Source: a virus (Duplodnaviria; Heunggongvirae; Uroviricota; Caudoviricetes). Taken from it: 64,000 nucleotides of DNA. The position numbers and the translations under genes were made by a program. A model generated the notes under the pieces. The model did not search any database, was not told the origin of the DNA, and saw nothing but the letters and a program-made list of their open reading frames with translations. Positions 49,627 to 59,689 of the stretch are shown piece by piece. Location of the stretch: the IMG/VR virus record IMGVR_UViG_3300031994_000051, positions 1 through 64,000 of that record. One strand, 5' to 3'. Each line of letters begins with the position of its first letter. Within the stretch, counting starts at the first letter, position 1.

Positions 49627-49664
49627 CCGACATCACTTTGGTGGTGTCGGCTTTCCTTTTTCGT
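49627..49664 (+). terminator. intrinsic terminator (cassette 5)
   Basis: gccgacatcac-tttggtg-gtgtcggc + T-run. Confidence 0.65.
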
Positions 49665-50122
49665 CAAGCTGCTCAGGAAAATCGTGATCCTTCGGTCCAG
49701 ATTCTGATCCCATTGGGATCCAAGACGCTGGATACCAGACTCTTGGATGTATGAACTCGGGTGGTCAGGACGACCTTGAGTCTGGAAAGGTTCCCGTGAT
49801 CTGGTATGGATCCGAGTGGGATCGATCGACAGGTCCCGTCGAGACTCTCTTCTTTGACGACAGGGTGGTATTGAGTACATGACGACATTGATCCTGAAGA
49901 TGTACTTTTGATCTGGTATGGATCCAAATGGGATCGATCCTGTCAGAATCTTGTTCTCTCGATGTCGTGCCTGTTAACTATTCGGTTCATTGTGCAAGAT
50001 TACTCTCACGAGATACTCAACCGTCGGTTAATCCGTTGGATCCCAATGGGATCCGTGATGACCGACGAAGTTTTCTTCGTTTTTTATTCCATAATTTTCC
50101 AGAAAAATTTTTTCCGTTTTTT

Positions 50123-50160
50123 CTTGCGTGGTATTCGGAAAATACTTATCTTTGCATCGT
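50123..50160 (+). promoter_or_regulatory. class-II promoter
   Basis: CTTGCGTggtattcggaaaatactTATCTTTGCAtcgt. Confidence 0.6.
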
Positions 50161-50182
50161 CAAACTTAAAATAAGAAAAACT

Positions 50183-50722
50183 ATGGAAAAAAGAAACGGA
50201 AAATTCGTGGGGAAAAAGGACATTCCCTTCGACAACGACAAAATCGCGGACATTCTTCAACTTAAATGCCGCATACTTGAAATGTTCAGGTCGCGCAATG
50301 TTACCGTAAGTTTCGCCCAGAACATTCCGAACGAGAACTACTATACAGCCGCAAGCGACTTCTCTAAGCTGATGAGTACGGAGCTTACAGTCAGGTTCAA
50401 GCCAGTTACGTCAAAGCGTGGGCTTGTTCAGAGGGGGGCTGGTTTGTGCAAGCGCAAGGTGTCGGCGATCGATCCTTGCGTGCATATCATGTTCTACAAC
50501 CAGCAGGGAATCGACGAGGTGACTGGTGATAGCGAGATACAGCCTTGTGTTTTCATAGGGGTTCATGGGTTTCAGGAAAGGGGATACAGGAAACATCATT
50601 GGGCAGACTATTCTCCGAAGCCTTCCTTCGGCTATGGATATGAAATAGAAACTTTGTGGCAAGATGCGGTCAAACCAGCTATGAATCAAATTTGGAACGA
50701 CATCAACTTGCTGATAGAGTGA
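50183..50722 (+). CDS. array cassette 6: hypothetical protein
   Basis: Promoter 50123-50160; terminator 50744-50780. Confidence 0.6.
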   Translation: MEKRNGKFVGKKDIPFDNDKIADILQLKCRILEMFRSRNVTVSFAQNIPNENYYTAASDFSKLMSTELTVRFKPVTSKRGLVQRGAGLCKRKVSAIDPCVHIMFYNQQGIDEVTGDSEIQPCVFIGVHGFQERGYRKHHWADYSPKPSFGYGYEIETLWQDAVKPAMNQIWNDINLLIE

Positions 50723-50743
50723 TTGTTATAGAAGCAATAAGGT

Positions 50744-50780
50744 AACGGCTTGGGCTTGTGTCCGAGCCGTTTCTTTTTTG
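50744..50780 (+). terminator. intrinsic terminator (cassette 6)
   Basis: acggcttgggc...gagccgt + T-run. Confidence 0.6.
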
Positions 50781-51020
50781 TGTGATAGTACGTCTTGACA
50801 CAGATGAGTCAGTGGATGCCCGTCGATCAGATCCCGATGGGATCCGTTACAGTGGGTTCAGGATCACCATGAGTCCGAGGTTGCGATTGACTTGCTTGAT
50901 GGACTTGGACGTCAATCATCTCGATGCCAGCTGGTTAGGATCCCATTGGGATCGTAACTGGGCATTCGCTGCCGATTCGATCGTCGAATTTTTGTCGAAT
51001 TTTTTCTGAAAACAAAAACA

Positions 51021-51056
51021 AAAAAATCCGCACAATTTTTGTACGGATTTTCTTTG
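51021..51056. terminator. bidirectional terminator (cassette 7 end)
   Basis: atccgcacaa-ttttt-gtacggat flanked by A-run and T-run. Confidence 0.5.
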
Positions 51057-51071
51057 GGGTTTTTCTGGAAT

Positions 51072-51257
51072 TTATTTCGGGAAAACCTCGTCAGCGTATG
51101 CTGTGAAAGTGTTGCCGCTTTCTCCTTGCAGGGTGTATTCCGTGCAGAACGCACCATCCTTGATGTCGGTTATCGTGAAAACCTTGTTTGCATCTGGTGT
51201 TTCCCCGTATGCACCGAACCTGACTTGTTTGCCGATTGTGAATTTTTTAATATCCAT
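51072..51257 (-). CDS. array cassette 7b: hypothetical protein (co-transcribed with 7a)
   Basis: 7 nt after 7a. Bidirectional terminator 51021-51056. Confidence 0.45.
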   Translation of the reverse strand: MDIKKFTIGKQVRFGAYGETPDANKVFTITDIKDGAFCTEYTLQGESGNTFTAYADEVFPK

Positions 51258-51263
51258 TGATTT

Positions 51264-51506
51264 TCATATTTTTGTCTTGTCAACCGAATAATATTGTTTC
51301 CCGTCTATATATTCAAGCTCACACACGAACTTGAATTTTCCCCTTCTGTAAAGGTGTGCAGTGAAAGAACCGACGAATACGCTGCGTCCAGCAACATCAT
51401 CAATGTTCCTTCCGCTTTCGCATATTATGGAACTCCGTTCTTTGTTGTAGCAGAATGTCCCCAAGGAAAGGGCGATTGCGTAATCATGTGTGTTTGTTAT
51501 TTCCAT
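51264..51506 (-). CDS. array cassette 7a: hypothetical protein
   Basis: Minus-strand class-II promoter 51521-51560. Start MEITNTHDY. Confidence 0.5.
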   Translation of the reverse strand: MEITNTHDYAIALSLGTFCYNKERSSIICESGRNIDDVAGRSVFVGSFTAHLYRRGKFKFVCELEYIDGKQYYSVDKTKI

Positions 51507-51520
51507 TATTCCGTTTGTTT

Positions 51521-51560
51521 GATGATGCAAAGATAAGCATTTTTCCTATACCACGCAAGG
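51521..51560 (-). promoter_or_regulatory. class-II promoter (minus strand)
   Basis: rc: ccttgcgtggtataggaaaaatgcTTATCTTTGCAtcatc. Confidence 0.6.
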
Positions 51561-51905
51561 AAAATCGTAAATTTTTTCATGGAGGTCCAACACCCGTCGA
51601 TCGTTTCGGCCTCAGTATGGATCCCATTTGGATCCTATACGATCCAGAGCATCTCCTCTCATATCCTCGTTGATCGATCAACTGTGATGAACTCGAAGAA
51701 ATGATCCTTCCGTGATCGATCAGATCCCATTGGGATCATATCATATCACGGCGTCTTCTTCAGACTCAAGGTCATCATCATACCAAGTGATGTCCACATC
51801 CAAGAGTCTGGTATCCAGGCATTTGGATCCCATTGGGATCGTATCGGGGCCTTCACGAGTTCACTGCTGTCGTTGTATGCGTTGTCATCTGGTTAATGTA
51901 AAAAG

Positions 51906-51940
51906 AAAAGCCGATCCAAAATTGGATCGGCTTTCATTTC
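51906..51940. terminator. bidirectional terminator (cassette 8 end)
   Basis: aaaagccgatccaaaattggatcggctttc. Confidence 0.65.
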
Positions 51941-51958
51941 GTGTGGGAATGATTGGGT

Positions 51959-52192
51959 TTAGTCCACTTTCTTGAATATAACTGACTTGCCGTCGGTTCT
52001 TGATGTTTTAGAGCAAAGCCCCACGACCTGCTTGATGTCTGGCCTGTTCATGCATTGGTGTCTGCACCAGCATTCCCTGCAAGTTCCAGTTAGGTCTTCT
52101 ACGACTTCAAGCGTGACAATCGTATCTGGCATATAGGGGTTATGTACGGTTTTCCTGAATCTCTCCCCTATCGGTCTTGTCATGTTGTCCAT
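51959..52192 (-). CDS. array cassette 8b: Cys-rich hypothetical protein
   Basis: 4 nt after 8a. CxxCxCxxxC. Terminator 51906-51940. Confidence 0.45.
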   Translation of the reverse strand: MDNMTRPIGERFRKTVHNPYMPDTIVTLEVVEDLTGTCRECWCRHQCMNRPDIKQVVGLCSKTSRTDGKSVIFKKVD

Positions 52193-52195
52193 TAT

Positions 52196-52519
52196 CTATT
52201 CCTCCTTGATTTTCACATTAAGAATTGTATTCCTGTGTTGCTCCTTTATTCTTGGCCTTGATTCCCAGTCAAGAATCTGGTACAACAATACGAATGTGCT
52301 TATTGATAGGCAGTTTTCTCCTTCATGGATTGGTTCAACGCGGTTCCAGCTCATGCAGTGCCATTTCATCTGCCTTGCCTTTTCAACATTTGCTTTTTCG
52401 ATCGATTGGTTTATGTCGTCAAGATGTTGTCTTGTCATGTTGACGGTAATTGTTTGCCTATATACGGTTCCGTCTTCACCGTATTTTGTCATGTAGTTTA
52501 CAGTTGTTTTCATTTTCAT
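52196..52519 (-). CDS. array cassette 8a: hypothetical protein
   Basis: Minus-strand promoter 52528-52566. Start MKMKTTVNY. Confidence 0.5.
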   Translation of the reverse strand: MKMKTTVNYMTKYGEDGTVYRQTITVNMTRQHLDDINQSIEKANVEKARQMKWHCMSWNRVEPIHEGENCLSISTFVLLYQILDWESRPRIKEQHRNTILNVKIKEE

Positions 52520-52527
52520 ATCGTTTT

Positions 52528-52566
52528 GATGATGCAAAGATAAGTAAAATACCAATACGTGTCAAG
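52528..52566 (-). promoter_or_regulatory. class-II promoter (minus strand)
   Basis: rc: CTTGACAcgtattggtattttacTTATCTTTGCAtcatc. Confidence 0.6.
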
Positions 52567-53110
52567 CTTTTTCCCCAATTTTTTCAGAAAATTTTTTTCG
52601 GAAATTATCTGGAAACTTTCCAGAGATTCTGGTCGGGATCTTGCGGCGGGATCGATCCCAATCGGATCCTTTACAGTTAATCTCGATGTTGATGAGGATT
52701 ATGTCTGAAGTTCGTCGGGGTGCCCTTGGCTGGATCGATCCAGTTGGGATCCAAGCACGCCGAACGATCTGTCCTGTCGATGCCCTTCACCGATCGATCA
52801 ACCCTGATCCGAACAGAGAGGATCCTGACTCAGGTCATCACGGATCCGATCCCATTGGGATCCAATGGATTACATGACGGCTGAGCATCTCGTGTGAGTA
52901 TCATGGCAAGAAGTCGTCTGGAAGTTTTCCGTGGCCTGATCGATCCCGTTGGGATCAATACTGGACGAAGTAGGATCTTTGCTCATCGATGTAATGGTTG
53001 TCCAACAGACTCTGAAGTCTCCTCATCTGTATGGGATCCTATTGGGATCCATACTGGCCATTCTGCGCGGATGTCTTGTACGCAATACTGGATGCGGCGG
53101 CAAAAAAACG

Positions 53111-53149
53111 AAAAGCCGATCGACCATTGTATTGATCGATCGGCTTCCC
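53111..53149. terminator. bidirectional terminator (cassette 9 end)
   Basis: aaaagccgatcgaccattgtattgatcgatcggcttcc. Confidence 0.65.
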
Positions 53150-53170
53150 TTATGATTGGAGCTTGAACAC

Positions 53171-53713
53171 TCACCAAAGGTCTTCAAGTTTCAGTCGCTT
53201 GAAGTTCCTTTCGTTCTCGATTGCCGTTTCCCAGTCTGGTTCCGATTTGCGGTAGACCAACGCGCTTTCGCCTTTCTTTGAAAGAAGCCGTATCTCCATG
53301 ATGTTTGTCCCGTCGTGGTGAAGCCCGTGTACATAGACGCGGCCATTGTCATAGACCACTTTGTAGTCTTGATAGTCGCTCGAAGAATTGAGGGCTTCCT
53401 TGATTGCTTCCGAGAGGGTCTCAAATGTTTTCTCGACATATCCTTTGTGGTGTCCGTCCCAAAGTCCCAAGTCGAAGGTGATTACATAGTGGCGGATTCC
53501 TTTGTCGGCAGTGGAATAAGAAAGGTTTGTGAAGAAGTCCTCATAGTCGATATATTCCTCGTCGCTTACCCAATCATAGTATTCTTGCGAGTCTTCCTTC
53601 GCTGGTTCGATTTCGTTTGCTTTGCACCATTCTACATACATTGCATAGTTGTAGAATTCCGTGCAATAGTTTGTTCCGATAAGGGTTCTTTCCTTTTTGT
53701 CTTGTTTGCTCAT
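53171..53713 (-). CDS. array cassette 9: hypothetical protein
   Basis: Promoter 53742-53778 (minus); terminator 53111-53149. Confidence 0.6.
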   Translation of the reverse strand: MSKQDKKERTLIGTNYCTEFYNYAMYVEWCKANEIEPAKEDSQEYYDWVSDEEYIDYEDFFTNLSYSTADKGIRHYVITFDLGLWDGHHKGYVEKTFETLSEAIKEALNSSSDYQDYKVVYDNGRVYVHGLHHDGTNIMEIRLLSKKGESALVYRKSEPDWETAIENERNFKRLKLEDLW

Positions 53714-53741
53714 GATTCAGATGTTTTTTATTGTTTGAATT

Positions 53742-53778
53742 ATGATGCAAAGATACGACTTTTTTCTTAATTGTCAAG
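53742..53778 (-). promoter_or_regulatory. class-II promoter (minus strand)
   Basis: rc: CTTGACAattaagaaaaaagtcgTATCTTTGCAtcat. Confidence 0.6.
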
Positions 53779-54130
53779 CGAAAAACGAAAAAATTTATCT
53801 TTATTCTTTATTTTTTTCTGGAACGATCGATCCTGTTGTCCGAGATGGCGATCTGTCTTGGATCCCAATGGGATCCGTTACTGTGGAAGTTGTATTCTTG
53901 GGGGCCTTTCTTCAGGATGTCCTGATAAGCGGGGACTAACTCATATCTGGAAATTACCTGGCGAGAGATCCCAGTGGGATCTATCGGATGGGAGATTCGG
54001 CTGTTGGCCTTGCCGACTGCTGTTGATCATCCTGATGTTCTGGATGGTGATCCTGAACGGATCCAAATGGGATCGATCAGCGGGCCGAAGGTTCCTTTTA
54101 CTTCAGGTTTGTGTCGGGACGAAAAAAGAC

Positions 54131-54164
54131 AAAGCCCGCTGGTATTGTCTCCAACGGGCTTTCC
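54131..54164 (-). terminator. terminator (cassette 10 end)
   Basis: aaagcccgctgg...ccaacgggcttt. Confidence 0.55.
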
Positions 54165-54189
54165 ACGAATATGAATAATGAAACAAGAG

Positions 54190-54708
54190 TTATGGCTTGA
54201 TGTCTTTCAGTATGATTGATGCTTTTATCCAATATACGGCTGGTTCCGTCTTGACGGAGATTTCCAACCCGTTGTCGTTCTTTTTGTAAGGGAACTTAGA
54301 CTTCGACATGATCGTTCCGATGAATTTGTCAGCTTTTTCGTTGGCATAGGACTTTGCTCCTTCCTTGCTCGCGAAGATGTCACTGGACACCGTATCACCG
54401 AATGGGGTGTGTTCGATTACTGTAGCCATGTATATGGGTTGAGGGTACTGTTCGCTTTCCGACAAATGTTCATACAGTTTGTTTTGTTCGATCGCATTCT
54501 CTATCATGGACTTGATTTCCTCTATGACGGAATCGCTGTCCTCGTCGTCTGGATCGTATGAAGGTGCTCCATGTAGCTCACCCCAATATCTTCCGTCCTC
54601 TCCATGGACGTCATAGAACGATTGATCCGTGTTGCAGTCATAGCATTGGGTCAGTAATAAGCTTTCCCCGTTTTCCGTGATGATTCTGATTCTGATTCTG
54701 TTTTCCAT
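54190..54708 (-). CDS. array cassette 10: hypothetical protein
   Basis: Promoter 54734-54771 (minus); terminator 54131-54164. Confidence 0.6.
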   Translation of the reverse strand: MENRIRIRIITENGESLLLTQCYDCNTDQSFYDVHGEDGRYWGELHGAPSYDPDDEDSDSVIEEIKSMIENAIEQNKLYEHLSESEQYPQPIYMATVIEHTPFGDTVSSDIFASKEGAKSYANEKADKFIGTIMSKSKFPYKKNDNGLEISVKTEPAVYWIKASIILKDIKP

Positions 54709-54733
54709 AGTATGTTTGTTTTTGAATTTGTTT

Positions 54734-54771
54734 GACGCTGCAAATATACGACTTTTTCCCGAATTGTCAAG
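54734..54771 (-). promoter_or_regulatory. class-II promoter (minus strand)
   Basis: rc: CTTGACAattcgggaaaaagtcgTATATTTGCAgcgtc. Confidence 0.6.
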
Positions 54772-55065
54772 TATTTTCCTTGAAATTTTTCCGAAAAATT
54801 TTTCTCAGGATTTTACCCGTATTCTTTCTAGGATTCCGATCAGAAAAAATCCAGATGGGATTCGACAGGTTGCCCACGGGTTTTGGGCAGGGAAAGATCC
54901 CGTTGGGATCTATCTGGGTGTGGACGTCGTGGGATGTCTTTTGTAAATTGCGTCCGACTCAGAATCATCACATCGTTTCTGTGGAATTGATCCTAATAGG
55001 ATCTGGAAAGGGGACGACGATCTGTGTTCCTCTGTTTCTTCTGGATCCAGCTTTTTTGCGGACAA

Positions 55066-55103
55066 CAAAAAAGGGGTTGCCATGTTATCGGCAACCCCTT
55101 CTC
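55066..55103 (-). terminator. terminator (cassette 11 end)
   Basis: rc: gaaggggttgccgataacatggcaacccc + T-run. Confidence 0.6.
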
Positions 55104-55129
55104 GTGATTAGGGCACGGCACGGGATTTC

Positions 55130-55678
55130 TTATTTGTTTTTCTTGTAGTATTTCGTTTCCACTACTTTGATAAGGACATGATCGGTGGAATAGCATCCGT
55201 CCATCCAGATATTGTAGCAGTCTGGTGTGTCGGTGAAGTCGTCCTTGCATGACTGGTTGTTTGGATCGATCCAAAGGTTTCCAGCTTCCGATAATTCAAT
55301 ATATTCGTCGCGTTTCAGTTTGAGTGCGGCGCGGGCGTGTTCCCTGTCAGAGAAAACACCAAGCGTTTCCACGGTGTCTTCGTCACCGTTGCAGCATACC
55401 GAGTGAAGCACCGCATAGCATGGTGTCCCCTTGCCGATGACGTTCTGTTTTTGGGCATTTGCTATCTGATCGCTTATTTCAAGGATTTTATCGATTGAAA
55501 GATCGTCGAAGTCGATCGGTTTCCCGTTGTATTCATATACTGGTGTAAGCCAGTCAGGTCTGAGGTAAACATATTCCCTTCTTCCTATTTTCAGTTTGCC
55601 TGTGATTTGTTTAGCCACATTGTCGATGGCGACGGCTTTGAGCTGTTGTGCCTGTGTCTTGATTTCGTAGTTCTTCAT
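55130..55678 (-). CDS. array cassette 11: hypothetical protein
   Basis: Promoter 55701-55736 (minus); terminator 55066-55103. Confidence 0.6.
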   Translation of the reverse strand: MKNYEIKTQAQQLKAVAIDNVAKQITGKLKIGRREYVYLRPDWLTPVYEYNGKPIDFDDLSIDKILEISDQIANAQKQNVIGKGTPCYAVLHSVCCNGDEDTVETLGVFSDREHARAALKLKRDEYIELSEAGNLWIDPNNQSCKDDFTDTPDCYNIWMDGCYSTDHVLIKVVETKYYKKNK

Positions 55679-55700
55679 TGTAGTCTTGTTTTTGAATTAT

Positions 55701-55736
55701 GGTGCAAAAATACGAAAAATATCGATACGTGTCAAG
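55701..55736 (-). promoter_or_regulatory. class-II promoter (minus strand)
   Basis: rc: CTTGACAcgtatcgatatttttcgTATTTTTGCAcc. Confidence 0.55.
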
Positions 55737-55925
55737 TAAAATCGAAATTATTTTTTCTCGATCGATCGCTGTCCACGGCAGTGGAGCCAGCTGTAATCCT
55801 GATTTGGATCCCACTGGGATCGAAACTGGGCCGAGTGGGTCGACGCGGGCGCGTGCGCGAGTGCGCGTGCGTTTCTTTTACTATTATAATGGGATAAAAA
55901 ATAAAATAGAATTTTTCGTTTTTTA

Positions 55926-55962
55926 CTTGACAATTCAGATTTTTTTCGTATCTTTGCGGCGT
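55926..55962 (+). promoter_or_regulatory. class-II promoter
   Basis: CTTGACAattcagatttttttcgTATCTTTGCggcgt. Confidence 0.6.
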
Positions 55963-56001
55963 GAATCAAACAGAAGTATAACCTATCAAAAACTTACAAC
56001 T

Positions 56002-56466
56002 ATGGGAAGAAGAAAATACAACGAGATTGAGAAGGCGCAGTCCAAGATCAACAAAGGGATCGACGATCTCTATGCAGCTGTATGCGATCGTGTCAAGGAT
56101 ATGCAGGAAGCTAATGGAAAAGGTTATGTCGACACGCAGGACAAAACCAAGGACACAATCTATTTCCTTGCATACGACAGCGAGGCTGTAAACGATATGC
56201 ACGAAGGCACTGTGTGCGGTGTCCGTGCGGTGCGTAACGGAAGCGGTCTTGATCTTCAATTTGTGGGATCGATCGTCAATGTGTATTTTGATCAAGAAAG
56301 CTTCGACGACTGTAACCGCAACTATGGAGATAGCAACGATATTGTAGACTACAACGGGTTTGACGGTGAATGGGAAGAGTCTTGGCAATATGTCAAGAAC
56401 CACGATCTCATCCTCTATGTGCCTACATTGCTCTCCATCGCGGAGTCGATAGACCAGTACATCTGA
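56002..56466 (+). CDS. array cassette 12: hypothetical protein
   Basis: Promoter 55926-55962. Confidence 0.55.
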   Translation: MGRRKYNEIEKAQSKINKGIDDLYAAVCDRVKDMQEANGKGYVDTQDKTKDTIYFLAYDSEAVNDMHEGTVCGVRAVRNGSGLDLQFVGSIVNVYFDQESFDDCNRNYGDSNDIVDYNGFDGEWEESWQYVKNHDLILYVPTLLSIAESIDQYI

Positions 56467-56669
56467 CAAACATTCATTTTTTCATAACTGCTTTTTCATG
56501 TGCGGCGATCGATCATCTTCGGTCTCCGCACTGTTTTATGCCAAGAACCAGAACAAGGAGTTCATCCTGTTGGTGACCCAGTATGGATCCCAATGGGATC
56601 CTATTTAGAGCCGCCAGATCCCGTCGGGTTTTATTCAAATAAAAAATAGAAATAAAAAATTGATTTTTT

Positions 56670-56707
56670 CTTGGATCGTATCGATATTTTCCGTATCTTT
56701 GCAGCGT
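56670..56707 (+). promoter_or_regulatory. class-II promoter
   Basis: cttggatcgtatcgatattttccgTATCTTTGCAgcgt. Confidence 0.6.
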
Positions 56708-56751
56708 AAAATAAAACGGAAAAATAAACCAAAAAAGAAAGGAAAAAAACA

Positions 56752-57168
56752 ATGAGCAGCGGACATGAATTGCCTTACAGAGGCGAGAGCTTCAAGATAG
56801 TTGGTTGCAAGAATGCAATGGAGAAAAACACACGATCGATGTTTCCAGATCCTAAAGACAATATCGGTATATGGGTCGATTATTTCAGGATCGTCTATGA
56901 CAGGGGTGAACGGATTGAACAAGGATTCGGTTCGGATTCGTTTGTCAGTTACGACAACGGGTATATCGGTATAGAGTGTGCCGATCGTTTCCAGACAGTG
57001 AAGGAAGCGGAGGACTTTATCAAGGTAAAGAAAAGTGTGGTAAACAACTGGTATCGTGGATTCGGCATCAGGAAGACCGAGTACGATAAATCAACGGGAA
57101 CTTACACGCATGAGATTATCAGGCCATGTGAGGCAACCAATAGCGTCACGGTCGATCACCTTAATTGA
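56752..57168 (+). CDS. array cassette 13: hypothetical protein
   Basis: Promoter 56670-56707. Confidence 0.55.
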   Translation: MSSGHELPYRGESFKIVGCKNAMEKNTRSMFPDPKDNIGIWVDYFRIVYDRGERIEQGFGSDSFVSYDNGYIGIECADRFQTVKEAEDFIKVKKSVVNNWYRGFGIRKTEYDKSTGTYTHEIIRPCEATNSVTVDHLN

Positions 57169-57178
57169 AAAAAAAAGA

Positions 57179-57212
57179 CTTGACATTGATATTTTGCTTA
57201 TCTTTGCATCGT
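57179..57212 (+). promoter_or_regulatory. class-II promoter
   Basis: CTTGACAttgatattttgctTATCTTTGCAtcgt. Confidence 0.6.
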
Positions 57213-57232
57213 AATTCAAAAACAACAGAGCT

Positions 57233-57481
57233 ATGGAAACTACAAACAGAAAATGGTATCGCTCCGACTTCACGGCAAAGGGGTTGTTTGACAACACGGA
57301 TATTGATTCGGAATACTACACGGCAGAGAGTGACGCGGAGGCGATCGATCACGGTAAGGAACTCGCGGCAAACGGGGTTGACTTCGCCGACATCGGTCAC
57401 ATCGACATCAAGCTGACCTATATCGCGGAGGTTGACGACACGCAGGAAACTTGGCCAGAGAAAAGAACTGTTTATTATTGA
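57233..57481 (+). CDS. array cassette 14: hypothetical protein
   Basis: Promoter 57179-57212. Confidence 0.5.
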   Translation: METTNRKWYRSDFTAKGLFDNTDIDSEYYTAESDAEAIDHGKELAANGVDFADIGHIDIKLTYIAEVDDTQETWPEKRTVYY

Positions 57482-57693
57482 AAAACAAAACCAGAATTTT
57501 TCAGAGAAAAAAGATCGGGGGAACATCCAAAAGTTCTCCCGATTTTTTTATTTGGGAAAATCCAGAGAAATTCCCACAGGGAATACATGGCGATCGATCC
57601 TGAACTGGATCCCACTGGGATCTATCCAACTTTCTCATCTTCAGAGTCTTGGATGCCATGTTTCATGTGGAACAAAAATTTTACAGAAAAAGC

Positions 57694-57730
57694 TTGACAC
57701 GTATCGATATTTTTCTTATCTTTGCACCGT
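57694..57730 (+). promoter_or_regulatory. class-II promoter
   Basis: CTTGACAcgtatcgatatttttctTATCTTTGCAccgt. Confidence 0.6.
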
Positions 57731-57771
57731 CAATTCAAAAACAGAGTATTAACCTATAAAAGAAAAGACCT

Positions 57772-58305
57772 ATGAAGTACACAAAAATTTTAAGGACTGT
57801 AGCCGATCGTTTAGACACTCAATACGGAGTGTTGTTAACCGACGGAAGAATCATTTCCCTTTACAACGAGGATAACCAGTTTTACCTGAGATGGGACTTC
57901 CCGATCGATCTGGAAACGATGACATACGAACCCCGTTTGGCTGACGAAAACAATGGGGAGATTTCCCTCAACTCACTTGACAGAATTGTTATCGCAGGCG
58001 TGGTCAAGTGCTATGACGAATGCAACTATTATCATGGCACATATCCAGAGGATTTCACCTGCCCAGAGCAGGAACGCTTGGAGATCAATCGTATCGAAGC
58101 CTTCTTCAAGGATAACGGTTATAATGTGTCAAGAGAAGCGATCGAACACAATTTCAACGCTTGGCTCGGTGACATGAAGTCAGGCTACCGTGACGACATC
58201 AACGGATACCACCTGTTCAGCCCGTGCGGTTGCAACCCGTTGTCAATGTGTCTGTCAACGCTCAACACACTGTGTGACGACTGGCAACAGACATACACCT
58301 GCTGA
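57772..58305 (+). CDS. array cassette 15: hypothetical protein
   Basis: Promoter 57694-57730; terminator 58339-58374. Confidence 0.55.
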   Translation: MKYTKILRTVADRLDTQYGVLLTDGRIISLYNEDNQFYLRWDFPIDLETMTYEPRLADENNGEISLNSLDRIVIAGVVKCYDECNYYHGTYPEDFTCPEQERLEINRIEAFFKDNGYNVSREAIEHNFNAWLGDMKSGYRDDINGYHLFSPCGCNPLSMCLSTLNTLCDDWQQTYTC

Positions 58306-58338
58306 GTTTTGCTCATACTCATATCATATTGTTTTTTT

Positions 58339-58374
58339 CCGATCGATCACACCCAGTGGTCGATCGGTTTTTTT
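58339..58374 (+). terminator. intrinsic terminator (cassette 15)
   Basis: ccgatcgatcacacccagtggtcgatcgg + T7. Confidence 0.6.
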
Positions 58375-58664
58375 ATTATCCTTTATTCATCTTTATTCTT
58401 TGATGGAGCATCTCCTCGTCAGGCTGGCGCCAGTCAGATCGATCCCACTTGGATCCATATCGACACGGATACATCCTCCTCATCCCAAGAGTCTGAAGAC
58501 GAACCAGTTAGGATCCCACTGGGATCGATCCTGTGCAGCTGTGCAGGATGTCTGCACACTTGGATCTTTTTCCCAGAAAATTTCCAGAATAATTTTGTAA
58601 ATTATTGACAGATAATAAGTTGGAATATATTTTGAAAAATAGTTGAAAATTTTCTTGGAAAAAG

Positions 58665-58701
58665 CTTGCCAATTCAGATAATTTTCGTATATTTGCATCG
58701 T
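58665..58701 (+). promoter_or_regulatory. class-II promoter (TATATTTG variant), within conserved module 58594-58701
   Basis: cttgccaattcagataattttcgTATATTTGCAtcgt. Confidence 0.6.
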
Positions 58702-58752
58702 CAAACGACAAAGGAACAAACATTATCATTAACATCTAAAAAACAATCAACT

Positions 58753-59391
58753 ATGGGACAGTATTATAAGCCAATCGTCCTGAAGAAGGACTGGAAAAAC
58801 GAGGAACAACCGATCGCTGGTACGCTTTCGCCTTATGACTATGACAACGGCGCGAAGCTCATGGAACATTCCTATGTAGGAAACAGTTTCGTCAAGGCCG
58901 CTATGAAGATGATCGATCTTATCGGTCAGGGAAATGCCGTGCCTTTCGTCTGGTGCGGTGACTATGCCGATCCAGTCGATACATCAAACCATCCCGTCAC
59001 GAAAGATAAAGACGGAAATCTCGTTGGTGGAATCGATTTGTATTCGTGTGCTTGCGCATGGCTTGGCGAGGACAAAAACAGCAAAGAGTACGAAGATCTG
59101 AAAAATACTCTGCAAAATGTAAGCACAGATGAAAAGTGTTACATCATCAACGAGACGAAGAAGCAGTTCGTGCGCATCCCCGATTATGATAAGGACAAGT
59201 GGTTTATCCATCCCCTTCCGATCCTGTGTGCCGACGGCAACGGTCGGGGCGGCGGAGACTACGGCTACTATGCGTCAAAGAACATGAAGCTTGTCGGAAC
59301 ATGGGCACATGACGAGATTCGTCTTGCCGAAAAGAAATCCGACACGGAGGGCTACGAGGATTGCGGCTGGATTCCAGAGTGCGAGGAATAA
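58753..59391 (+). CDS. array cassette 16: hypothetical protein
   Basis: Promoter 58665-58701; terminator 59422-59462. Confidence 0.6.
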   Translation: MGQYYKPIVLKKDWKNEEQPIAGTLSPYDYDNGAKLMEHSYVGNSFVKAAMKMIDLIGQGNAVPFVWCGDYADPVDTSNHPVTKDKDGNLVGGIDLYSCACAWLGEDKNSKEYEDLKNTLQNVSTDEKCYIINETKKQFVRIPDYDKDKWFIHPLPILCADGNGRGGGDYGYYASKNMKLVGTWAHDEIRLAEKKSDTEGYEDCGWIPECEE

Positions 59392-59421
59392 GGGTTCAAC
59401 CGACTTTCATAACTGACTTTG

Positions 59422-59462
59422 GGCGATCGATCCGATTAAGGATCGATCGCCTTTTCTTTTTC
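59422..59462 (+). terminator. intrinsic terminator (cassette 16)
   Basis: ggcgatcgatccgattaaggatcgatcgcc + T-run. Confidence 0.7.
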
Positions 59463-59617
59463 AGAGTGTCAACCCAGACGCAGTATCCCGTCGGTGAATA
59501 TGGCCCCAGTATGGATCCCACTTGGATCGATCGATACGGATTCGTCTTCAAAAGTATCCTCCTGATTTTCAGCAAATTAATTTCCAGAAAAATTCAAGAA
59601 AAATTTCCAAGAAATTT

Positions 59618-59655
59618 CTTGGATTGTATTGGAATTTTTCTTATCTTTGCATCGT
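59618..59655 (+). promoter_or_regulatory. class-II promoter
   Basis: cttggattgtattggaatttttctTATCTTTGCAtcgt. Confidence 0.6.
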
Positions 59656-59689
59656 AAAATAAAACAGGAAAACTAACCTATAAAATAAT